A stretch of DNA of 42,969 nucleotides from an uncultured Gammaproteobacteria bacterium (GCA_964630015.1 CAZVTJ010000001.1:1-42969), one strand, 5' to 3'; positions 33,962-42,619 are shown, counted from the stretch's first letter. Made by a program: numbers and translations. Notes: generated from the letters alone by a model not told the origin.

Positions 33962-34948
33962 ATGTATATGGCAAAACATGAAGATCTGCTTCCCCAAAAA
34001 CTATGCGAACGGCTGTTGTTGCTGTACGGAACAAAGGAATACCGTTCACTTCTTAAAACCATATCACATTCACTTCCCACCACACTTCGCCGTAACCCAA
34101 ATGGTAGTGCTTCAGATCGGTTTGATCAGGCATTGGCAACGAGTGGAATCATGACAACTGTCGTAGCGTGGTATCCGGACGCCCGCATCGTTAACACGGA
34201 AAATACAACACAATCCATCGGAAAAACGGATGGATTCCAACAAGGGGTATTTTATGTCCAAAGCCTTTCCAGCATGATCCCACCGCTTGTTCTGGACCCG
34301 CAACCCGGCGAAAAAATTCTTGATCTGTGTGCCTCTCCGGGAAGCAAAACAACCCAACTTGCAGGGCTGATCCGAAATAACGGGGAAATCGTCGCAAACG
34401 ATGTCAGCTATATCCGCACGCTCAAACTCAAGGCAAATGTCCGTATCCAGAACGCTACGTGCGTAACGTGCACGAATCTTCCCGGCGAAAAACTGTGGAC
34501 CATTTATCCGGAATATTTTGACAAAACGCTTGTCGATGTCCCGTGTTCCATGGAAGGAACGATCCGTCTGGATAATCCAAAAACGTATGAATATTGGTCC
34601 GAAAAGAAGGTGAAGGAGCTTGCCAAAAAACAACGTTGGTTACTCCGATCGGCTATTTCCGCAACTAAACCCGGCGGAACGATAGTCTATTCTACCTGCA
34701 CAATTTCCCCTGAAGAAAATGAGGAAGTTATCGATTGGATTTGTCAAAAAGAAAAAGGAAATATTATGCTTGAAAAAATTCATATTCCCGGCCTCGAAAC
34801 ACAACCCGGGATCGTTTCTTGGAAAAATCACTCCTATATTCCGGGAGTCCAATCATGCATCCGTATCCGAAGCAGTGACGTAATGGAAGGCTTTTTTGTC
34901 GCAAAAATCAAAAAAATCCGATCTACGGTTCACGGTTCATTCGAGTAA
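33962..34948 (+). CDS. NOL1/NOP2/Sun-family RNA (rRNA) cytosine-C5 methyltransferase
   Basis: SAM motif ILDLCASPGSKTTQL and catalytic Cys motifs DVPCSMEG and VYSTCTISPEENE. An alternative ATG lies at 33968. Confidence 0.75.
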   Translation: MYMAKHEDLLPQKLCERLLLLYGTKEYRSLLKTISHSLPTTLRRNPNGSASDRFDQALATSGIMTTVVAWYPDARIVNTENTTQSIGKTDGFQQGVFYVQSLSSMIPPLVLDPQPGEKILDLCASPGSKTTQLAGLIRNNGEIVANDVSYIRTLKLKANVRIQNATCVTCTNLPGEKLWTIYPEYFDKTLVDVPCSMEGTIRLDNPKTYEYWSEKKVKELAKKQRWLLRSAISATKPGGTIVYSTCTISPEENEEVIDWICQKEKGNIMLEKIHIPGLETQPGIVSWKNHSYIPGVQSCIRIRSSDVMEGFFVAKIKKIRSTVHGSFE

Positions 34949-35989
34949 ACCAAGATGCAGGTGATTTTCGATAATCTGAAGCACAAACTCTTCAAGGGAA
35001 ATTCCGGATGCCTCAAGCGATGCCGTCATGGAATCATCGCTTGCCTCACTGATTCCGGGATTTCCGTTACCCTCAAGAAAAAACCATTGTTTTGTTTTTG
35101 GGTTATACCGGATATCAAACCGCGCATAATCGCGGAATCCGAATGCATAAAAGGCACAAATACATTGCCGCTGGATTGTCCGGAGAATCGATACCGAAAT
35201 TCCTTTTGCAGGTGCAAAGAAATGAAGATTTTTGTATATCGTTCCATTCTTCTTCCACTTTTCGTCAAACCCGTATATATTCCACTTATTATTTTTGACG
35301 TTCTGAACGATCATTTCCGATACGGGAAGGGCACGTGTCATCCCGTCACTTTCTAATACGGTTACCTGTAATTCGCGACCGCGGATAAACCGTTCACAGA
35401 TAAGCGACTGTTTTAAGGTTGTCCGTATTCTCTTCACCCGTTTCTTAAACTGCATAAATGACGTCACAACGGATTTTGAGGTTATTCCTACGCTTCCGTG
35501 TTCAAATGCCGGTTTTACCATCACGGGAAATTTCGAAGGCAAAAGACTCCGCAGTAATTTGTCTTTCGGTCCGATAACCGAAAATTCCGGAGTCGGCAGA
35601 TTGTGGAGTTTGAATATTGCTTTTGTTTTAACCTTGCTGTCGCTTGCAGATAATGCAAGAAATCCCGATCCTGAATAGGGAATATGCATACGCTCAAGTA
35701 TTCGGGCGATTTTGAGTTCCATCTGTTTGCTGTCCACCAGATTGAAAATGAAATCGCTTTTGATATCGGCAATAGGGGAAAGATCATCAAGTTCAAGTGC
35801 AATAACGGATACTCGGAATTTTCTCCTCTTCAATAACTTTTCCACGCACTGTACCGTTTTTTCCGTATCATCGTCGATGACGGTATTTTGTCTTGAATAA
35901 TATAAATCGGAAGATTCAAGCGGAACCCGATGATAAATAATTGCTATCCGAGGTCGTTTCGGACTTTTTTTCTTTTGCTTCATTGACAA
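34937..35989 (-). CDS. ATP-grasp protein of the D-alanine--D-alanine ligase family
   Basis: Motifs FPVMVKPAFEHGSVGITS and YARFDIRYNPKTKQWFFLEGNGNPGI (Ddl-like C-terminal Mg/ATP site). The basic N-terminus is atypical for Ddl. The 3' end overlaps the methyltransferase gene by 12 nt. Confidence 0.55.
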   Translation of the reverse strand: MSMKQKKKSPKRPRIAIIYHRVPLESSDLYYSRQNTVIDDDTEKTVQCVEKLLKRRKFRVSVIALELDDLSPIADIKSDFIFNLVDSKQMELKIARILERMHIPYSGSGFLALSASDSKVKTKAIFKLHNLPTPEFSVIGPKDKLLRSLLPSKFPVMVKPAFEHGSVGITSKSVVTSFMQFKKRVKRIRTTLKQSLICERFIRGRELQVTVLESDGMTRALPVSEMIVQNVKNNKWNIYGFDEKWKKNGTIYKNLHFFAPAKGISVSILRTIQRQCICAFYAFGFRDYARFDIRYNPKTKQWFFLEGNGNPGISEASDDSMTASLEASGISLEEFVLQIIENHLHLGLLE

Positions 35990-36076
35990 TGCATAGTTGG
36001 GCAGAACATATCACGAATATATCAAGCATACAGTATGGAACGATAAAATCAAATGCGTTAAAATAGGGAAGTCATT

Positions 36077-36162
36077 GCCGCGGTGGCGGAATCGGTAGAC
36101 GCCCAGGACTTAAAATCCTGTGACTTTCACCAGTCGTGTGGGTTCGAGTCCCACCCGCGGCA
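36077..36162 (+). tRNA. tRNA-Leu(TAA)
   Basis: Manual fold: GCCGCGG TG GCG GAATCGGTAGA CGC C CAGGA CTTAAAA TCCTG TGACTTTCACCAGTCGT GTGGG TTCGAGT CCCAC CCGCGGC A. Confidence 0.9.
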
Positions 36163-36172
36163 CTTAAAATGT

Positions 36173-37195
36173 ATGGCACAAACCTTTCCCCTTATAGAAG
36201 TTACCGGATCGCATACCGATATTGGCCATGCAATCGGTGAAACATTCAAAACAAAAATCCAGGATGTCATCAATCAAAAACGTACGATTATAGCAGAATA
36301 CGATCGGGTTCTCTCAACGATAGATACGTTTATATCCATAACCAAGAAGGCATTTCCGAACTTGATCCATGAACTTCAGGCAGTTGCTGATGCGGCTGAT
36401 GTTCCGTTTCGGGAATTGTTTTTCCGCAACATCGGCGCCCTTACCGATCCGGAAACGGCAATGAGTCGTGAGGAATCCGAAACCGTCGATCACTGCACGA
36501 CGATCGTATCGTGGGAAAGCGCGGGACATCCGATCGTCGGCCATAATGAGGATTGGGATATCGCAAGCATCGACGAGCTGTATATTCTTAAAGTAAAACT
36601 TCCCCATGTATCGTTTATCAGCCTCAATTACGCGACATTTTTACCCGGAGTTTCTGCAGGAATGAATTCGCATGGCATTATCCAATGCATTAATGAAATA
36701 CCCCAAACGCGTATTAACGGCATACCGAAAAATTTTATCGCTCGCGCAATGCTGGAATGCAAGATGCTTTCCGAATGCGAACGGATTGCACTGCGTACCA
36801 AACACTCCTCGGGATATAACCATGTACTTCTGCAGGGCAACAACGGCCGGGACTTGGAAATCGGAGGGCGATCCGTAGACATCCAGTCGTTTGATTACCT
36901 TCCGTATGTCCATACGAACCACTATCTCTCAAATCACCTCAAACAATACGAAATCCACACACAGTCCCATCAGGAGAATTCACATGCACGTTATGAACGC
37001 GTGAAGGAGCTTCTGCGCCTCCCGATGGATTTTTCCGATATACAGGCAATTTTATCCGATCATACAAACGAAAAATATCCGATTTGCCGCCACAAGGAAA
37101 CCATTGCGTCCGTTATCATCGAACCATCTGAAAATCTCTTCCATGTCTGTTATGGACTCCCGTGCACCGGAACATACGTACCATACCGTCTGTAA
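36173..37195 (+). CDS. Peptidase C45 / acyl-CoA:6-APA acyltransferase-like Ntn-hydrolase
   Basis: N-terminus LIEVTGSHTDIGHAIGE, putative nucleophile context VDHCTTIVSWE, then NEDW. Start trimmed from ORF 36083, which reads through the tRNA, to ATG 36173. Confidence 0.55.
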   Translation: MAQTFPLIEVTGSHTDIGHAIGETFKTKIQDVINQKRTIIAEYDRVLSTIDTFISITKKAFPNLIHELQAVADAADVPFRELFFRNIGALTDPETAMSREESETVDHCTTIVSWESAGHPIVGHNEDWDIASIDELYILKVKLPHVSFISLNYATFLPGVSAGMNSHGIIQCINEIPQTRINGIPKNFIARAMLECKMLSECERIALRTKHSSGYNHVLLQGNNGRDLEIGGRSVDIQSFDYLPYVHTNHYLSNHLKQYEIHTQSHQENSHARYERVKELLRLPMDFSDIQAILSDHTNEKYPICRHKETIASVIIEPSENLFHVCYGLPCTGTYVPYRL

Positions 37196-37199
37196 TTTC

Positions 37200-37207
37200 T
37201 GTATAAT
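37200..37207 (+). promoter_or_regulatory. TG-TATAAT -10 element 17 nt upstream of tRNA-Pro
   Basis: TGTATAATAC at 37200-37209. The same decamer recurs at 38823-38832. Confidence 0.4.
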
Positions 37208-37224
37208 ACTTTTTGTATGGATTT

Positions 37225-37297
37225 CGGAGAGTGGCGCAGTTGGTAGCGCGCATCGTTTGGGACGATGAGGTCGCGGGTTCGAGTCCCGCCTCTCCGA
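37225..37297 (+). tRNA. tRNA-Pro(TGG)
   Basis: Manual fold: CGGAGAG TG GCGC AGTTGGTA GCGC G CATCG TTTGGGA CGATG AGGTC GCGGG TTCGAGT CCCGC CTCTCCG A. Confidence 0.9.
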
Positions 37298-37309
37298 CAG
37301 GATTTTTCT

Positions 37310-38353
37310 ATGACACTTCATGACTACCACACATCGATTCGGTCGAACGTTTCCTCTCATCTGCTTTCGTATGCCCCAACCATTCCGACACTTCTTCTGC
37401 ATGATTCATCCCTTGCATCCATCATCACCACAGCCTTGATTGATGATTCCCTGAATGGAAAAATGAACAGATCGCTGCTGTGTTTTCTTGCCTATGACGG
37501 GTACACTGCCAAAAAAAATCCGCTTATCCTGGATATTGCTTCCGCTTTGGAAATAACCCATACGGCATACCTTATTCAGGATGATGTTATGGACAATGAC
37601 AGCACACGACGGGGGAAAGATGCACTATTTGTCCAGCTAAAAAAACAATACGGATCACACTATGGCAGTGATGAACAACTCTATAAATATCTTGCTATCT
37701 GCATCGGCGATGCAGGATTCCACTTTGCTAACTATTGTCTCTCCAGCGTACCGGAGCAGATACGAAAAACAGTAAACGAAGTATTTTTCCAAACGGATTG
37801 TGGGCAATATGAAGACCTGCTCAATTCCCGTTCCCAATCAATACCGGATGAGGCAATCATTGAGTCTGTCTATATACAAAAAACCGGAAAGTACACCATC
37901 GGTCTTCCAATACAATGCGGAATGTTACTTGCCGGCGCACCGGAGGAAGATATACAAACAATGGAACGTATTGCGGATATTCTTGGTCTTATCTACCAAA
38001 TAACTGATGATGAACTTAATCTATTGGGAGATCCGAAAAAAACTGGGAAACCAACCGCTTCAGATATTACGGAAGGGAAAAAAACCATCCACATGCTTCG
38101 ATTACTGAACGTTATGCAAAAACAAGATGCCGAAAAAATACGAACAATTTTTCAAAAAAATAATAAAAATCAAAACGATTGTCATATAATTATTGAAGCT
38201 ATGCATACCCATAAAATCTTCTCTCTGCTTCGGAAAGAAAATGAACAGCGATACAAAACGGCAATATCCCTTCTTCAAATGGTTCACATGAATCCGGAAT
38301 ACATAAAACTAGTACAGGAATTTACTCAAAGTCTTTTATCTAGGGCAGCGTAA
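37310..38353 (+). CDS. Polyprenyl diphosphate synthase (trans-isoprenyl, FPP/GGPP-type)
   Basis: First Asp-rich motif LIQDDVMDND and second Asp-rich motif YQITDDELNLLGD. Start trimmed from ORF 37265, which overlaps tRNA-Pro, to ATG 37310. Confidence 0.8.
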   Translation: MTLHDYHTSIRSNVSSHLLSYAPTIPTLLLHDSSLASIITTALIDDSLNGKMNRSLLCFLAYDGYTAKKNPLILDIASALEITHTAYLIQDDVMDNDSTRRGKDALFVQLKKQYGSHYGSDEQLYKYLAICIGDAGFHFANYCLSSVPEQIRKTVNEVFFQTDCGQYEDLLNSRSQSIPDEAIIESVYIQKTGKYTIGLPIQCGMLLAGAPEEDIQTMERIADILGLIYQITDDELNLLGDPKKTGKPTASDITEGKKTIHMLRLLNVMQKQDAEKIRTIFQKNNKNQNDCHIIIEAMHTHKIFSLLRKENEQRYKTAISLLQMVHMNPEYIKLVQEFTQSLLSRAA

Positions 38354-38354
38354 T

Positions 38355-38804
38355 ATGAAACGAAGAAGTAGTCCTATCTGGGTCTATGCAGTTGTATTAT
38401 TTATCGTAATAGCAATGGGCTATGTCTCATACAAAAATATGAGGCCGAAAATCCAATTCAACACAGCGTCCTACGAAATTGAACTTGCACTTACGGATCA
38501 GGAAAAAAAGAAGGGACTTTCAAACCGTGATTCCATGCCACAGGGTCACGGAATGTTATTTGTGTATCCCGTTGCGGAAAAATATGATTTTTGGATGAAA
38601 GATATGCGTTTTCCCTTGGACTTCATTTGGCTGCGCGATAAAACCGTTGTTGATATTACTCCAAATGTACAGCCCGAATCAGGACCGGAATACACACTCT
38701 ATCATCCTAGCTCACCAGCCAATATGATTTTGGAATTACACGCGGGGGAAGCGGCAAAAGCGGGGATTGTCATCGGTCAACAGGCAGTCATACGTTTCAA
38801 GTAG
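38355..38804 (+). CDS. DUF192-family protein with N-terminal membrane anchor
   Basis: Motif KGLSNRDSMPQGHGMLFVYP...FWMKDMRFPLDFIWL is typical of DUF192. Confidence 0.65.
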   Translation: MKRRSSPIWVYAVVLFIVIAMGYVSYKNMRPKIQFNTASYEIELALTDQEKKKGLSNRDSMPQGHGMLFVYPVAEKYDFWMKDMRFPLDFIWLRDKTVVDITPNVQPESGPEYTLYHPSSPANMILELHAGEAAKAGIVIGQQAVIRFK

Positions 38805-38822
38805 CGTGACAAAAAAAATCTT

Positions 38823-38830
38823 TGTATAAT
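38823..38830 (+). promoter_or_regulatory. TG-TATAAT -10 element 16 nt upstream of tRNA-Gly(TCC)
   Basis: TTTGTATAATAC at 38821-38832. Confidence 0.4.
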
Positions 38831-38846
38831 ACAAAAGTTGATTCAA

Positions 38847-38918
38847 GCGGCGGTAGTTCAGTGGTAGAATATCTGTTTTCCAAACAGAGGGTCACGGGTT
38901 CAAGTCCCGTCCGCCGCT
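38847..38918 (+). tRNA. tRNA-Gly(TCC)
   Basis: Manual fold: GCGGCGG TA GTTC AGTGGTA GAAT A TCTGT TTTCCAA ACAGA GGGTC ACGGG TTCAAGT CCCGT CCGCCGC T. Confidence 0.9.
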
Positions 38919-38957
38919 CATATACGGGGAGAGGTCAATTCACACCAGTAAAAAGTT

Positions 38958-39031
38958 GCCTCCGTAGCTCAATTGGATAGAGCAACTTCCTTCTAAGAAG
39001 TAGGTTGTGAGTTCGATTCTCACCGGAGGTA
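38958..39031 (+). tRNA. tRNA-Arg(TCT)
   Basis: Manual fold: GCCTCCG TA GCTC AATTGGATA GAGC A ACTTC CTTCTAA GAAGT AGGTT GTGAG TTCGATT CTCAC CGGAGGT A (G1-U72 wobble). Confidence 0.85.
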
Positions 39032-39032
39032 C

Positions 39033-40754
39033 ATGAGACATTTTCTGTCCATATTCATCGTTGTGTTGTGCATACTTGGGGTTCCGTTTTCAAAAACCCA
39101 GGCAACCTACGATCCGCTTTCCGTTCCCAATAACAAATTCGGTATCCATATTGCCGATCCCAACGATCTTGCCGAGGCTGCCCAACTCGTCAACAGTACC
39201 GGCGGCGATTGGGGATATGTGGTCATGGTGATACAGGATAATGACAGATCAACGGATAAATGGCAGGCGATTTTTAACCAACTCAGACGGCTCCACCTTA
39301 TCCCAATAATCAGGATTGCAACGCATCCGGATGGGGACAGCTGGAAAATTCCGACGCCGGAAGATGCCTCTCGCTGGGCTGATTTTTTAAATTCCCTCTT
39401 GTGGCCGACTAAAAACCGATATGTAGTCTTTTTCAACGAACCAAACCACGGGAAAGAGTGGGGCAATAGAATTGATCCGGAAGGATACGCGGATATTTTT
39501 TCCTCCTATGCCAGGACGTTTCGTGAATATTCATCCGACTTTTTCATTCTTCCCGCAGGACTTGATTTTTCCGCACAGTCGGATGGCCTGGCACTTAGCG
39601 CATCGGAATACCTTGAACGGATTGTGGCAAAATATCCGGACTTTTTCTCCGTTATAGACGGCTGGACGTCACATTCCTATCCTAACCCAGGATTTTCCGG
39701 CTCGCCCTTTGCAATCGGAAGGGGGAGCATTGCATCGTTCGTATGGGAAATATCCTACGCCCAGTCGCTTGGCCTTTCTAAGCCGTTACCCGTATTCATA
39801 ACTGAAACCGGATGGATCCATGACCAGGGAAAAACCTATATGCCATCATATCTTTCTCCAATACAGGTAGGATTGAATCTGCAGACTGCCGCCCACAGCG
39901 TCTGGAATGATGCGCGTATTGCGGCAGTTGTGCCGTTTCTTTTCAACTACCAGGACACGCCGTTTGACCATTTTTCCTTCAAAAACATCGGAAATACCGG
40001 ATATTATGACCACGCACAGTATTACACTTCCATCCAAAAAACTGAAGGAAAACCGCGGCAAAACGAATCCCTTGCGCGGGACGGCTTTCCGCTTATTCCC
40101 GATAAACTCGTTGCCGGTACGATATCGCTTCTTGATGCCAAACTGACCAATACGGGCCAAAGTATTATCGACCCGTTTGACGGATATTCAATTTCCTTTA
40201 TGGAAGAAAGCGGATTACTAAGTGCCTCACCCGATTCTGTACCGTATCTGGAGCCTGGCCAATCGGGGACCTTTTCCCTGACCGTGAAAACGCCAAAAAC
40301 CGAAGGATCCTATCCTGTCACGCTTTCCGTAGTGCATGGCACAGTCCCCGTGTATACGGAAAAAACCCGGATTGTCGTGGTACCACCCCCATCGATTACC
40401 GTATCGCTTTTCCCCGGATGGAAGCGGAATAAGTCGCTGCCGCGGGTAAAATGCATCGTCTATGATTCGAATGAAAAAATCGTCTACGAAGCATTTGGGT
40501 CGGTCCGTGATGACGGAAAGGCAACGTTTTCCGATGTTGCCCATGTTATTCCCGAAAAATCATACCGGGTCGTTATCGTGGCACCGTATTATCTCCCCAG
40601 ACAAGAAACCGTAACGATCCATGCAACGCATAATGTATTTACATTTTCCCGGTTGTATCCGTTTGATTTTAATGCTGACGGAACGCTTTCATGGCAGGAT
40701 ATCCCGGCGATTCTTCACCAGAAGCCCTATGAAATCATCTCGCGGTTTTTCTGA
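39033..40754 (+). CDS. Secreted clan GH-A-like glycoside hydrolase with beta-rich C-terminal region
   Basis: Signal peptide MRHFLSIFIVVLCILGVPFSKTQA. Acid/base-like FFNEPNHGKEWG and nucleophile-like VFITETGW, spaced as in (beta/alpha)8 clan A hydrolases. The family is not assignable by eye. Confidence 0.5.
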   Translation: MRHFLSIFIVVLCILGVPFSKTQATYDPLSVPNNKFGIHIADPNDLAEAAQLVNSTGGDWGYVVMVIQDNDRSTDKWQAIFNQLRRLHLIPIIRIATHPDGDSWKIPTPEDASRWADFLNSLLWPTKNRYVVFFNEPNHGKEWGNRIDPEGYADIFSSYARTFREYSSDFFILPAGLDFSAQSDGLALSASEYLERIVAKYPDFFSVIDGWTSHSYPNPGFSGSPFAIGRGSIASFVWEISYAQSLGLSKPLPVFITETGWIHDQGKTYMPSYLSPIQVGLNLQTAAHSVWNDARIAAVVPFLFNYQDTPFDHFSFKNIGNTGYYDHAQYYTSIQKTEGKPRQNESLARDGFPLIPDKLVAGTISLLDAKLTNTGQSIIDPFDGYSISFMEESGLLSASPDSVPYLEPGQSGTFSLTVKTPKTEGSYPVTLSVVHGTVPVYTEKTRIVVVPPPSITVSLFPGWKRNKSLPRVKCIVYDSNEKIVYEAFGSVRDDGKATFSDVAHVIPEKSYRVVIVAPYYLPRQETVTIHATHNVFTFSRLYPFDFNADGTLSWQDIPAILHQKPYEIISRFF

Positions 40755-40780
40755 TAATCCTGCGCTGCACCCCCGAAACA

Positions 40781-40789
40781 TGATATACT
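40781..40789 (+). promoter_or_regulatory. Extended -10 (TGATATACT) 12 nt upstream of tRNA-His
   Basis: Read directly from the sequence. Confidence 0.4.
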
Positions 40790-40801
40790 TTGTACCATCA
40801 T

Positions 40802-40877
40802 GGTGGCTGTAGCTCAGCAGTAGAGCGCCTGCCTGTGGAGCAGGAGGTTGCGGGGGCGGCACCCGTCAGCCACCCCA
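40802..40877 (+). tRNA. tRNA-His(GTG) with encoded G-1 and CCA; non-canonical D and T loops
   Basis: Manual fold: G GTGGCTG TA GCTC AGCAGTA GAGC G CCTGC CTGTGGA GCAGG AGGTT GCGGG GGCGGCA CCCGT CAGCCAC C CCA. Confidence 0.75.
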
Positions 40878-40906
40878 AAAGAGCTGGTGAAGAAAGCAAT
40901 GATTCT

Positions 40907-42619
40907 ATGGCAGATACGCAGGAAATACCGCTTCCAAAAGCCCCCGAACCAGGAGGGGAGCCCGTAGCGGAGCCAAAAACCGTCAGTACGCCACTGGAAT
41001 TATCCAAACCGGTGGCACAATTATTGGATTCCTATACCGGATGGCTCACTCGTCCAAAACCATCCAGAACACCCATTCATGTGGATGAAATTGCCTCAAA
41101 AGTCGCAAAAATCTACGAACTGATCCGCAAAGTCGTCGACTGGAAGGAAGACAACGTTCTCCGCCGGAGCGCAACGGAGCGGATTCTCAAAAGGTTACTG
41201 TTCGGAAAATTATCAGGCATTTCACGGTCATCCAAATCATCACCAAGCTATATTGCCGAAACCGTAACCACGGAACTCATCCGTGGCGGTCATCTCCCCA
41301 ATGACACAATTCCGCAGGAAGTGCTTCCCATCCTTTCCAAAAATATCGAAAAATACCTTGCGTTCCTTTCCGTTACCAACCTTCCGGCCACCAACAACGT
41401 CGTTACGGCACGCCACAACTATACGACGTTTATTGTCGAGCTTGCCGCATGTGAAATCGAAGACCTTTTGGCCCAGCCGCGCCTTGAATATGATCTCCTT
41501 GATGCCATGACACGGGCGATGCTTGAGCGAATTACGGTTACGCCGGAAGGCAGCCTTACCAAAGATGAAATCTATATCCAAACCTATATCAGCGTCGCAC
41601 GGACCCTGTTTGATCTTGATGATGCATTTATCATCTATCGGCTTCTGACTTTCCAATACAGCGACTTTTCCAATCCGTCCCCCGAAACGCTTCGCCAACT
41701 TCAGGCGGACATGCCCTCCATTTGGGATCAATCCGAAATGCTGTTAAACACCGTTGCCGGCAAACAATTTTATGCCATATCGGAACAAACCGATACCGTT
41801 TTTGCCCTTCTTGGTGATGTCCTGCGGAAATACTCCGACAAGCCGGAAAAAATCATGCCTATTTTTACCTCAAGGGAAGACCTCCAGAAGGAAATTGAAG
41901 TTGCCTATGACGTGCGCTATAAATCGCTCAAAAAACGCCTGTTCATTCTCGGTTTCTTTTCCACACTTTCCGTTTTTGCCTCCAACTGGTTTACGTTCTT
42001 TTTGATCGAAGTCCCGGCTGCTCATATTTTCGGAGAAGGATTTAACGCATTTACGACGTTTATCGATTTCATTGTCCCGACCGTTGTCATGTTCATATTG
42101 GTTTCCATTATCAAAGCACCGGGTCCCGCCAATAAACAAAACGTCACTACGGCAATATTTGATTTCGTAAAGAAAACCGAATCGTTTTCCATGTATGAAA
42201 TAAAACTGAACAGACCCCGCCGGCCAATCCTTCATTCCGTCATGGCGTTAATTTATATGGCTATTATGTTTACCGTTCTGGGATGTATCGGATGGGTATT
42301 TTATATCGCAGGACTGCCCATAACCTCAGTCATCTTCGATACGGCAACGATTGCTATGACCATTTTTGCGGCAGTCACAATCCGCAATAAATCAAAGGAA
42401 TTAACGGTAGGGGACAAAATGAGCGGAATCGAGTTTATTCTGGATATGATTTCCGTACCGGTCGCCAAGTTCGGGAATCTTTTAGCAAAAACATGGAAAC
42501 AATACAACGTCGTTGCCTTCCTGTTTAATTTTCTGGTTGAAACGCCGTTTGCCCTCATCATTGACGTTATTGAGGAATGGAGCAAATTTATCAAGGAACG
42601 CCGATCCGATATCCACTAA
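40907..42619 (+). CDS. Hypothetical multi-pass membrane protein (570 aa), function unknown
   Basis: A Pro/Glu-rich N-terminus and a ~330-aa soluble helical region are followed by at least 4 hydrophobic segments (e.g. LFILGFFSTLSVFASNWFTFFLI, VPTVVMFILVSII, VMALIYMAIMFTVLGCIGWVFYIAGL). Start trimmed from ORF 40790, which reads through tRNA-His, to ATG 40907. Confidence 0.5.
   Translation: MADTQEIPLPKAPEPGGEPVAEPKTVSTPLELSKPVAQLLDSYTGWLTRPKPSRTPIHVDEIASKVAKIYELIRKVVDWKEDNVLRRSATERILKRLLFGKLSGISRSSKSSPSYIAETVTTELIRGGHLPNDTIPQEVLPILSKNIEKYLAFLSVTNLPATNNVVTARHNYTTFIVELAACEIEDLLAQPRLEYDLLDAMTRAMLERITVTPEGSLTKDEIYIQTYISVARTLFDLDDAFIIYRLLTFQYSDFSNPSPETLRQLQADMPSIWDQSEMLLNTVAGKQFYAISEQTDTVFALLGDVLRKYSDKPEKIMPIFTSREDLQKEIEVAYDVRYKSLKKRLFILGFFSTLSVFASNWFTFFLIEVPAAHIFGEGFNAFTTFIDFIVPTVVMFILVSIIKAPGPANKQNVTTAIFDFVKKTESFSMYEIKLNRPRRPILHSVMALIYMAIMFTVLGCIGWVFYIAGLPITSVIFDTATIAMTIFAAVTIRNKSKELTVGDKMSGIEFILDMISVPVAKFGNLLAKTWKQYNVVAFLFNFLVETPFALIIDVIEEWSKFIKERRSDIH

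Noticed and set aside
36083-36172. N-terminal extensions of ORFs 36083.., 37265.. and 40790.. (MAESVDAQDLKS..., MRSRVRVPPLRQ..., MYHHGGCSSAVERLP...).
   Set aside because: These segments are translations through tRNA-Leu(TAA), tRNA-Pro and tRNA-His. The starts were moved to the first ATG downstream of each tRNA.
40675-40720. Dockerin-like or EF-hand-like segment FDFNADGTLSWQDI at the C-terminus of the secreted hydrolase.
   Set aside because: Only a single Ca-binding-like loop is present, whereas dockerins carry a duplicated segment. It cannot be supported as a dockerin without a profile search.
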